Source: Betaproteobacteria bacterium
Lineage (GTDB): Bacteria; Pseudomonadota; Gammaproteobacteria; Burkholderiales; SG8-41
Assembly (NCBI GenBank): GCA_016202615.1
Contig: JACQOI010000200.1
Coordinates: 1 to 39,841 of the forward strand
Direction of reading: 5' to 3'
Length of the DNA stretch: 39,841 nucleotides
The position numbers were made by a program, and so were the translations under genes. This document shows positions 10,071 to 17,917 of this stretch, in pieces. Below the pieces are notes generated by a model, which saw nothing but the letters and a program-made list of their open reading frames with translations, made no database searches and had not been told where the DNA came from. Numbering within the stretch: the first letter of the stretch is position 1; every line of letters begins with the position of its first letter.

Positions 10071-10074
10071 CGGC

Positions 10075-10274
10075 CTAGGAGTTTGTCGGACTTAGCCCCG
10101 ACAAACTCCTATTGCAAAACCGGAGCCAGTAGAAATGCAGAAGAAGATAACAGATATGCGGATTTGCCCGCGCTTTTCCCCAAATTCGACCGTTTCGAGT
10201 AAGTTTATTATGAATGGTCAGCCGGTTTTGCTTTTGGCAGTCTGTACGGATTGTTAAGTCCGACAGGCTGCTAG
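10075..10274 (+). mobile_element. Non-autonomous MITE-like element, copy 1 (200 bp)
   Basis: CTAG-GAGTTTGTCGGACTTA ... TAAGTCCGACAGGCTG-CTAG imperfect terminal inverted repeats; no transposase; near-identical copy at 10378. Confidence 0.8.
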
Positions 10275-10373
10275 TTGCCTCATTTAAAAATCTGACCGAA
10301 ATGTGCTTCGTTGCCTCACGCAAAAATCTGAGTGAAATGTTTCATTGCAGGCGTGCCGGGGCGTGGCTACAAT
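10275..10373 (+). promoter_or_regulatory. Sigma70-like promoter preceded by two 30-bp direct repeats (putative operators)
   Basis: Repeats at 10275-10304 and 10311-10340 (25/30 identical); TTGCAG (10345-10350)-N17-TACAAT (10368-10373). Confidence 0.6.
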
Positions 10374-10377
10374 CCAC

Positions 10378-10580
10378 CTAGAAGGAGTTTGTCGGACTTA
10401 GCGCCGAAAAACTCCTAATGCAAAACCGGGGCCAGTAGAATTGCAGAAGAGGATAACAGATATGCGAATTTGCCCGCGCTTTTCCCCAAATTCGACCGTT
10501 TCGAGTGGGTTTATTATGAATGGTCAGCCGGTTTTGCTTTTAGCAGCCTGTACGGACTGTTAAGTCCGACAGGCTGCTAG
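10378..10580 (+). mobile_element. Non-autonomous MITE-like element, copy 2 (203 bp)
   Basis: By hand alignment 12 substitutions plus a 3-nt insertion versus copy 1; CTAG at both ends. Confidence 0.8.
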
Positions 10581-10608
10581 CGGCGACGATCGATCAAAGA
10601 GGTTCGAC

Positions 10609-11547
10609 ATAGACAGGCTCTGGGCCATGGAAGTTTTCGTTCGCGTTGCGGAGTGCGGGAGTTTTTCGCGCGCGGCCGAATCGCTCGACTTGGCCAACGC
10701 CACGGTCACCACCTGCGTGCGCAACCTCGAGCGGCACCTGGACGTGACGCTGATCAACCGCGACACGCGGCGCTTGCGCCTCACCGAAGAGGGCCAGATG
10801 TACCTTCCCCGTGCCCGTGAGCTGCTCCAGTCCGTGGCGCGAACGGAAGAGGAGGTGCGCACGAGGCTTGGCGAACTGCGCGGGTGGCTTCACATCGAAA
10901 CCCCGATTTCGGTCGGCCATGCCCTGCTCTGCCCGGCGCTGCCCGCTTTCGCCCAGCGCTATCCGGAAATCTCCGCCGCGATCACGCTGACCAACCAGCC
11001 GCATCACATGATCGAGCGCGGAATCGACGTGGCCATCCGCATGGACCATGTGGAGAATGCCGACCTGGTCGCGCGCCCGGTCTACGAAAGCCGATATGTC
11101 ATCTGCTGCACGCCGGCCCTGGCGCAGACGCTGCCCGCGCACCCCGCGCAGCTCAACCCGCGGCGCTGCATCGGGATCCTCGCGGAAGAGCGTCGCCATG
11201 CGAATGCCTGGGTGCTGGAGAAGGGCCAAGAGCGGCTGGAGATCCGGCCGGGCGGGTCGCTGCATTTCAACACCAGCGATGCGCTGCTGCTCGCCGCGCG
11301 CAGCGGCGTCGGCGTGGCGCACGTGCTCGACATCTTCGCCCATCGCCTGCTCGACAGCGGCGAACTGGCGCAGGTGTATCCCGACTGGACAACGACCGCC
11401 AAGACGTTCTACGCGGTGACCGTCAAGGGCCGCGCCAGTTCGGCCAAGGCGCGCGCTTTCACCGACTTCCTGGTCGAGGTACTCGACTCCGAACGCCGAC
11501 TCAGCGCAAAACGCGCGGTGTCGGTCCGCGCGCTCGGCAAACACTGA
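10609..11547 (+). CDS. LysR-type transcriptional regulator (expected start codon reads ATA at 10609; next in-frame ATG at 10627)
   Basis: (M)DRLWAMEVFVRVAECGSFSRAAESL...LERHLDVTLINRDTRRLRLTEEG HTH; AAGAGG RBS precedes 10609. Confidence 0.92.
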   Translation: MDRLWAMEVFVRVAECGSFSRAAESLDLANATVTTCVRNLERHLDVTLINRDTRRLRLTEEGQMYLPRARELLQSVARTEEEVRTRLGELRGWLHIETPISVGHALLCPALPAFAQRYPEISAAITLTNQPHHMIERGIDVAIRMDHVENADLVARPVYESRYVICCTPALAQTLPAHPAQLNPRRCIGILAEERRHANAWVLEKGQERLEIRPGGSLHFNTSDALLLAARSGVGVAHVLDIFAHRLLDSGELAQVYPDWTTTAKTFYAVTVKGRASSAKARAFTDFLVEVLDSERRLSAKRAVSVRALGKH

Positions 11548-11560
11548 GCAGCGGCAACCC

Positions 11561-12955
11561 TCAGGCAGCCTGCGCTGCCGCCGCGGCTGCTACGGCGCTT
11601 CGCGCCGCCAGCCGCCCGAACACCGCCGCCTTGCCGAGGGCAGAGCCGGTCATATAGGCACCCCCATGGAAGCCGCCGACCACCTCCCCCGCGGCATATA
11701 GGCCGGGAATGCACTCCCCGAACACGTCGATCACGCGCATCGCGTGGTCGATGCGAAGGCCGCAGTAAGTCCCGAACACGGCCGCGGTGGACGGGTAGGC
11801 ATAGAAAGGACCCTGCTCGATGCGCCGCAGCTCGCCGTGGTTGTGCACCAGCGTCTTGCGGCCGAATTGCGGATCGTGCCCGGCGTCGGCTCCCCGGTTG
11901 TACCTCTCGACGGTCTCGCGCAGCGCATCCCAAGGCACCTCGATCTGCCGCGCCAGCGCTTCGAGCGTGTCGGCCTTCACGATCAGCCCCTCCTCCATGC
12001 GGCGGCCGAAATCGAGAATGCGCACGCGGTCATCGCCGCTTTCGAAAATCGGCTGGTCGAAAATCTGGTAGGCCGTGTGGTAGGACTGGCGCATCACCGC
12101 GTCGCCGAGCAGCTTGTAGGAGATCGATTCGTCAACGAAGCGCAAGCCCTCCTGGTTCACTGCGATCGCCCCCTTGTAGACCGCCAGGCAGCTGTGGTTA
12201 TTGCGGGTGTCGACGGGGTGCTTGCCGAAGGTGCCCTTGATGTAGGCCATGTCGCGCATGTCGGCGCCCAGCTTCCAGGCCATCAGCAGCCCGTCGCCGA
12301 CATTGCCGCTGCCGCCGACGAACACGGCCTCCGCGTACTGCGGCGCGAAACGGTTCACGAGCTCCGGGTTGCGGCAGAAACCGCCGCTCGCCAGCACCAC
12401 CCCGTCGCTGGTCTGGATCGTCATGTCCCCGTCCGGTCCCACCGCCGTGACGCCGGTGACCGGCGAAGCCTCGTCATGGCGCAGCAGGCGCTTCGCCGGG
12501 GTCGACATCAGCACGGTGACGCGGCCGCTCGCCCGGCAGCGCGCGGCGAGGAGCCGCACCATGTCCGCCGGGTCCACGGTGTGGACGCGGGGCACGGACT
12601 GGCCGGACGACGCCTCGATCGACTGGCTGAACTCCACGCCATGCGCACGCAGCCAGCGGTACGTCTCCAGCTGGTGGTCGACGTAGGCATCGACCAGCGA
12701 AGGATCGTTGTCGTGCTGGCCGGTTTCGATCAGGTCGCGCTTCAGTAGCGCATTGGAATCCTCCACGCCGCAGGCCTGCTGGACATCGGTTCCGGCGAAC
12801 GCCAGGCAGCCGCCGCTCATCGCGGAGGAGCCGCCGATGGCGTCGAGCTTCTCGATCAGCGTCGCTTCGGCCCCCTGCTCGGCCGCTTCCAGCGCCGCCG
12901 AAAAGCCGGCCAAGCCGCCGCCCACGACGAGGAGTTGGGTGCGCAGTTGCTTCAT
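11561..12955 (-). CDS. FAD-dependent oxidoreductase, flavocytochrome c / fumarate reductase flavoprotein-like
   Basis: VVGGGLAG, EK..IGGSSAMSGG, VLASGGF, GLYAAGEVVGGFHG..YMTGSAL; start at 12955 from ATGA overlap with the upstream gene. Confidence 0.88.
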   Translation of the reverse strand: MKQLRTQLLVVGGGLAGFSAALEAAEQGAEATLIEKLDAIGGSSAMSGGCLAFAGTDVQQACGVEDSNALLKRDLIETGQHDNDPSLVDAYVDHQLETYRWLRAHGVEFSQSIEASSGQSVPRVHTVDPADMVRLLAARCRASGRVTVLMSTPAKRLLRHDEASPVTGVTAVGPDGDMTIQTSDGVVLASGGFCRNPELVNRFAPQYAEAVFVGGSGNVGDGLLMAWKLGADMRDMAYIKGTFGKHPVDTRNNHSCLAVYKGAIAVNQEGLRFVDESISYKLLGDAVMRQSYHTAYQIFDQPIFESGDDRVRILDFGRRMEEGLIVKADTLEALARQIEVPWDALRETVERYNRGADAGHDPQFGRKTLVHNHGELRRIEQGPFYAYPSTAAVFGTYCGLRIDHAMRVIDVFGECIPGLYAAGEVVGGFHGGAYMTGSALGKAAVFGRLAARSAVAAAAAAQAA

Positions 12956-13758
12956 CGTGTGTTCGCCCGGCTGTAAAAATCGAGGAGTTCGGCGACGCGC
13001 TCGCGCGGCGGCGGCTCGTTGAAGTAGCCGATCTGGCAACGTTCCACCCCGCTTTGGCGCTTCAGGTCCACCAGCATTTCCGCATGCTTGATCCAGCAGG
13101 ACAGCGAATCGAGCACCGGCACGCCGTCGACGCTCGACATGCCTTGGCTTGCAAGCAGCACGCACAGCGGGGCCTCGCCGGGGATGATCACTTCGGCGCC
13201 GCGCGCGATCTGCGCGCGCGCCGCCGTCCGGAATCGCTCGATCAAGGGCGCGGGCTCGGAAAAACCCTGCAGCACGTCATTGAAGCGGAAGCCGACATCC
13301 GTCACTCCCGCCAGCCGGTCCGCCATGCCGTAGCGGCGGGCGTTGTCGGCGATCTGGTGGGTCAGTTCGCTGATGAAGACCATCACGGCGAAGCGCGATC
13401 CGAGCAGGCACGATGTCAGCATCGCCGACTCGCCGTAGCCCACGACGGGGATGCCGAGCATCGAGCGGATTTCCCTCAGTGCCGGGTCCGGCAGCGTGCT
13501 GATGGCATAGGCATCGAAGCCTTCCCGCTCGGCGGCGAGTCCGGCCTCGATGAACTGGATCGAGTGCAGGTGCTGCAATGCTGCGTGGCGGATATCGTTT
13601 CCGGGATAGTTCGTGCGGTAGGTGCCCGGCCGCATGCCATGCATGACGATCTCGGTGCCGGGCCGCGCGACGCGATGGAAGTGCGCTTGCAGCGCCCTGT
13701 CGTAGGCGCCGAGGTCGGAAAGAACGGTGAAGCTCTGGTGCCAGATGCGAATTGTCAT
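12952..13758 (-). CDS. Asp/Glu/hydantoin racemase family protein (atypical active site)
   Basis: AEREGFDA...DPALREIRS.L.IPVVGYGESAM; GAEVIIPG. Confidence 0.8.
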   Translation of the reverse strand: MTIRIWHQSFTVLSDLGAYDRALQAHFHRVARPGTEIVMHGMRPGTYRTNYPGNDIRHAALQHLHSIQFIEAGLAAEREGFDAYAISTLPDPALREIRSMLGIPVVGYGESAMLTSCLLGSRFAVMVFISELTHQIADNARRYGMADRLAGVTDVGFRFNDVLQGFSEPAPLIERFRTAARAQIARGAEVIIPGEAPLCVLLASQGMSSVDGVPVLDSLSCWIKHAEMLVDLKRQSGVERCQIGYFNEPPPRERVAELLDFYSRANTR

Positions 13759-13805
13759 GTTGTCGTTTGGAAATAAAGATCAGGAATCGGATCCGGCGCG
13801 CCCGC

Positions 13806-14585
13806 TCAGTCGCACAGCATCCCGCCGTTGACGTCGAGGATTTCGCCCGTGATGAAGCCGGCGTCGCGCGAGGCCAGGAACAGCACCGCGTTCGCAACGT
13901 CCGCGGGCGTTCCCATGCGCCCTGCCGGAATAAGGGCTTTCAGTTGCGGCGGAAAGGAGGTCGTCATCGGCGTGGCGATTGGACCCGGCGCGATGGCATT
14001 GACGGTAATGCCGTATGGCGCCAGCTCCTTGGCCAGGAAACCCGTCATCACGTGCACGCCGGCCTTGGAGACGCCATACGCGACGTTGCCCGCGCACTCC
14101 TGCTCCGCGGCGTCGATCCACGGCCTCGCGTTGCCGGCGTTCTTGCCCACGACCGATCCGATGTTGATGATGCGGCCGAAACCCTGCCGCTTCATGGAGG
14201 GCATCACCGCTTGGCAGGCGAGGAAGGCGCCCTTGAGGTTTATGTCGATCACGCGGTCCCACTCGCTCTCGGCGAGCGACTCGGCGCTGCCGAACGAGGC
14301 CACGCCGGCCACGTTGACCAGAAGGTCCACCGGGCCGACGAGCAACCCGATCCGCTCCACCAGCGCGGCGATGGCGCGCCGGTCCGTGACGTCCAGGCGC
14401 ACCGGCGCCGTGGCCAACGCAGGCGCGTCGGCGCCTCTCCAATCGCCCGTTGCCGCCCTGTCCGCGCAAACGACGGAAGCGCCGCGCTCACGCAGCACGT
14501 CGGCAACGGCGCTGCCGATCACACCGCTGCCGCCCGTGACCAGCGCGACGCGCCCGGCAAACGCCGAAGAGGACGACTCGCTCAT
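13806..14585 (-). CDS. SDR family oxidoreductase
   Basis: TGGSGVIG, NVAG, YGVSK, VNAIAPG, ITGEILDVNGG. Confidence 0.92.
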   Translation of the reverse strand: MSESSSSAFAGRVALVTGGSGVIGSAVADVLRERGASVVCADRAATGDWRGADAPALATAPVRLDVTDRRAIAALVERIGLLVGPVDLLVNVAGVASFGSAESLAESEWDRVIDINLKGAFLACQAVMPSMKRQGFGRIINIGSVVGKNAGNARPWIDAAEQECAGNVAYGVSKAGVHVMTGFLAKELAPYGITVNAIAPGPIATPMTTSFPPQLKALIPAGRMGTPADVANAVLFLASRDAGFITGEILDVNGGMLCD

Positions 14586-16042
14586 GCCACGTTCCGCCGG
14601 CGGCGCGCAGCTGCCACGCCGCCTGCGATGCGGCCGAACACGAGCCCTTTCAGCACCGAGGTGGCCCCGGTGTAGTTGCCGTAATAGAGCCCGGCGGTTT
14701 CACCCGCCGCGTAAAGGCCCGGTATCGGGTCGCCATCGCCATTCAGCACGCGCGCGGACTCGTCGATCTTCAGGCCCCCGAAAGTGAACACGTTGGCCGA
14801 GATGATGGGGTAGGCATGGAAGGGCCCTTCCTCGATCGGCGTGGCCCAGTTCGATTTCGGCGGCTCGAGGCAGCGTGTGGCGAGGCCATCGACTTCCAGC
14901 GGCCGCCATTCGCCGGCAACGCAGGCCGCGTTGTACTCGCGCACCGTGGCTTCCAGTGCCGGGGCGGGCACGCCGATCTTTTCGGCCAGCGCGGCGATGG
15001 TTGAACCCGTCACCGGCGGCTTGTCCGTGCGGATGCCCAGGCGATAGTTGGGTACGCGCTGATGCCTCGCATCGAGCACGACCCAGGCCGTGCCGCCGCG
15101 CTGTTCGTAGATGCGCCGCGTGATCCGCTCGTACCAGGCATCCACGGTGCCCGGGGCCTCATCGGTGAATCGCTTGCCGTCCAGGTTCACCAGGATGCCG
15201 TAGGGAAAGATGAAGACCGAGGGCTCGGCGATGCCCGAGCGCGGGTCCACCGGCTCGGCATGGTAGCTGCCGAAATCGCCGCACGCGGCCGCGCCAACGT
15301 CGAGCGCCATGCGGATGCCTTCCCCGCGGTTGTAGTAACCGCCCTTGCAGATCGGCCGCAGATACACGGAGCGCGGGCCCACGTAACGCGTCAGCATCTC
15401 GGCATTGCCTTCGAAACCGCCGCACGCGAGCACCACCTCGCCCCGCAGCCTCGTCTGCCCCTTGCCGCGCACACGAACCCGCAAGCCCGTCACCTGTCCC
15501 CCGTCATCCAGCTCCAGCGCGGTGGCGGCGGTTTCGTAAAAGAACTGCACGCCCATCGATTCCGCGCGCGCCGCCAGGGCCTCAACCAGCGCCTGGCCGC
15601 CGCCGACCGGCAACAACCTCGGCTGCGATTTAGTGAGGAACTGAGTGGGCAGGAACTCGAAGCGCACACCCATCCCCTCGAGCCATTCGATGGTGCCGCC
15701 CGCGCTATTGGCGAGGCGCCCGATGATCCCGGGGTCGGCGATGCTCAAGGCGCGCGTCAGGGGCGAGCGTTGCGATGCCGACGCAACCGCGTCTTCCACC
15801 ATTTCCGGGTCCACGCTGCCCGAGCCGTTCTCGGCCAGGTGCGTCTCGAAATCGTCGGTCACTTCCCGGTGGCTCTTCATGCGCAAATAGGCTTCGGTGT
15901 AGCGGCTCTGCCCGCCCCGCTCCTCCCTCGACGCCCGCTCGACCAACGCCACGCGCGCGCCGGCCTGCGCGGCGGCCACGGCCGAGGAAAGCCCCGCCAC
16001 GCCGCAGCCCGCCACCACCACATCGAAATCCTGAGTCGCCAT
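14582..16042 (-). CDS. FAD-dependent oxidoreductase, TcuA (tricarballylate dehydrogenase)-like
   Basis: VAGCGVAG, RGGQSRYT, VLACGGFEGN, HAEPVDPRS, GKRFTDE, FTFGGLKID, GLYAAGE. Confidence 0.85.
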   Translation of the reverse strand: MATQDFDVVVAGCGVAGLSSAVAAAQAGARVALVERASREERGGQSRYTEAYLRMKSHREVTDDFETHLAENGSGSVDPEMVEDAVASASQRSPLTRALSIADPGIIGRLANSAGGTIEWLEGMGVRFEFLPTQFLTKSQPRLLPVGGGQALVEALAARAESMGVQFFYETAATALELDDGGQVTGLRVRVRGKGQTRLRGEVVLACGGFEGNAEMLTRYVGPRSVYLRPICKGGYYNRGEGIRMALDVGAAACGDFGSYHAEPVDPRSGIAEPSVFIFPYGILVNLDGKRFTDEAPGTVDAWYERITRRIYEQRGGTAWVVLDARHQRVPNYRLGIRTDKPPVTGSTIAALAEKIGVPAPALEATVREYNAACVAGEWRPLEVDGLATRCLEPPKSNWATPIEEGPFHAYPIISANVFTFGGLKIDESARVLNGDGDPIPGLYAAGETAGLYYGNYTGATSVLKGLVFGRIAGGVAAARRRRNVA

Positions 16043-16198
16043 GACTTGTTTCCTTCGGTTGAGATAGGCGAATCATCAGCGCCAATGCCGAATGGCGAAA
16101 GACAATGAATGCGAAAACTGGTTTCAGCAAAACCGGCTGGCCCTTCGCCCTGCTTCGCCTTACAGTCGCGCCAACAAGACAACACTGAGGATGAAACC

Positions 16199-16978
16199 AT
16201 GCGAATGGCCAACAAGTTCGGCATCGTGACGGCCGGCGCTTCCGGAATGGGGCGCGCCGGGGCAGTGCGCTTCGCCGCCGAAGGCGCGGCAGTTGCCGTC
16301 ATCGACATCGATGAGGCGAAGGCGCGCGAGACCGTGCGTACAATCACCGCGGCGGGCGGGCAGGCGTTCGCACTGGCGGGCGACCTCATGGACGAAGACT
16401 TCGCCCGCGGCATCGTGCACGAGACGAAGAAGCGCTTCGGTCACCTCGATTTCCTCTGGGCCCACGCGGGCCATCCTTCCGTCTCGCGAGTCGAGGGGCT
16501 GGATCTCAAGGAATTCGACATAGCGATGAACCTGAACGTGCGCGCCGTGATGGCGAGCACGATCGAAGCCATTCCCTTCATGCGCGAACGCGGCGGCGGC
16601 AGTATCCTCTACACCTCGTCCACCTCCGGCCTTTTCGGCTCGCCCTTCAGCCCGCTTTATTCCGTGGCCAAGTGGGGCCTGATCGGGCTCGCGCGCTCGC
16701 TTGCCAAGCGCTATGGGCCTGAGAACATCCGTGTGAACGTGGTCTGCCCCGGCACCACCGACACCCCCATGCTGCGCGTGCTCGTCTCGCGCCCCGACGA
16801 GACCGCCACCAAGGGCAAGGACATCGACGAGCTGATCAGGGTGCGCGGCTCAGGCAGTCCGCTCGGGCGCCTGGCGCGACCCGAGGAAATCGCCAACGCG
16901 GCGCTTTTCCTGCTCTCCGACGAGGCCTCGTTCATCACCGGCGCCGCCTTGCCGGTGGACGGCGGCAAGACCGCCTGA
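16199..16978 (+). CDS. SDR family oxidoreductase
   Basis: TAGASGMG, YSVAK, VNVVCPG, FITGAALPVDGG; start at ATG 16199 after GAGG. Confidence 0.9.
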   Translation: MRMANKFGIVTAGASGMGRAGAVRFAAEGAAVAVIDIDEAKARETVRTITAAGGQAFALAGDLMDEDFARGIVHETKKRFGHLDFLWAHAGHPSVSRVEGLDLKEFDIAMNLNVRAVMASTIEAIPFMRERGGGSILYTSSTSGLFGSPFSPLYSVAKWGLIGLARSLAKRYGPENIRVNVVCPGTTDTPMLRVLVSRPDETATKGKDIDELIRVRGSGSPLGRLARPEEIANAALFLLSDEASFITGAALPVDGGKTA

Positions 16979-16989
16979 GGACGGCGCGC

Positions 16990-17778
16990 TTGCTGCTCCA
17001 GGACTACAACACCGTCGTCACCGGCGCGGCGCGCGGGCTCGGCGCCGCGGCGGCCCGTCGCTTCGTGGCCGAGGGCGCCCGCACGGTGGTATCCGACATG
17101 GACGAAGCCGGCGCGCTCGAATGCGCGCGCAGCATCGACCCCACGGGCCGGCGCGCCATCGGCGTGCGCTGCGACGTCTCAAGCCATGAGGATTGCGCTC
17201 GGCTGGTGGCCACCGCCGAGGAATTCTTCGGTGCCCCCATCGACGTCTTCCTCGCGCATGCGGGCGTGGGCTTCGTCGGGCGGCTGACCGAGGTCGAGGT
17301 GGAGCGCATCCGACGCGCCATCGAGGTCAACGTGTTGGGCTCGGTGTTCTCGGCGCAGGCCGCGCTGCACAGCCTCACGAAGAGTCCGCGCGCGAGCTTG
17401 CTCTTCACGAGCTCGCTGCAGGGCGTGATGGGGCGGCCGCTGCGAAGCGTCTACACCGCGTCGAAGCACGCCATCGTCGGCCTGGTGAAAGGACTGGCGC
17501 TGGAGTTCGGCCCGCAGGGCGTGCGCGTCAACGCCATCGCGCCCGCCGCCACCGACACGCCCCACTTGCGCGCGATGCTGGCGGCCACGACCGCCGACGT
17601 GGACGAAGCGGTGCGAAACGTCGCGGCCTCGATGCCGCTGGGTTGGCTGCCCACGCCCGAGGACTTCGCCGACGCGGCCGTCTTCCTCGCCTCCCCCGCC
17701 GCGCGCTCGATCACCGGCCACACGCTGCTGCTCGACAGCGGCGCCGCCGCCGGCATCTTCAAGCGCGAACCCGCCTAG
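16990..17778 (+). CDS. SDR family oxidoreductase
   Basis: TGAARGLG, YTASK, VRVNAIAP; TTG start after GAGGA. Confidence 0.9.
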   Translation: MLLQDYNTVVTGAARGLGAAAARRFVAEGARTVVSDMDEAGALECARSIDPTGRRAIGVRCDVSSHEDCARLVATAEEFFGAPIDVFLAHAGVGFVGRLTEVEVERIRRAIEVNVLGSVFSAQAALHSLTKSPRASLLFTSSLQGVMGRPLRSVYTASKHAIVGLVKGLALEFGPQGVRVNAIAPAATDTPHLRAMLAATTADVDEAVRNVAASMPLGWLPTPEDFADAAVFLASPAARSITGHTLLLDSGAAAGIFKREPA

Positions 17779-17899
17779 CGCACCACGAGGCGCACTGGCC
17801 ACTCAGGCCACGCGGACTGGGTGGGCGAAATGCCCGGCACAGCATGCTCAGCGCGGCAGCCGCGAGCAGGCCGAGGCGCATGCGCTGGGCCGGTTTCAT
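17775..17899 (-). pseudogene. 5' remnant of a Bug/TctC gene
   Basis: GGGAG RBS, signal-like MKPAQRMRLGLLAAAALSML, then after a frameshift TQSAWPEWPVRLVV (compare Bug WPxRPVRLVV); cut off at the convergent SDR stop. Confidence 0.65.
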
Positions 17900-17917
17900 A
17901 GGCAAACTCCCTTCAGG

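Noticed and set aside
10075-10323. 82-aa minus-strand ORF in the element as a transposase or toxin
   Set aside because: It starts outside the element, has no motif, and its start is not shared by copy 2.
10075-10580. CRISPR array or integron attC array
   Set aside because: Units are about 200 bp with conserved interiors, not short repeats with unique spacers; no cas or intI gene; no convincing RYYYAAC...GTTRRRY box structure.
16126-16139. 14-bp match (AGCAAAACCGGCTG) to the element interior
   Set aside because: Short and isolated, with no element ends nearby; chance or an unrelated operator.
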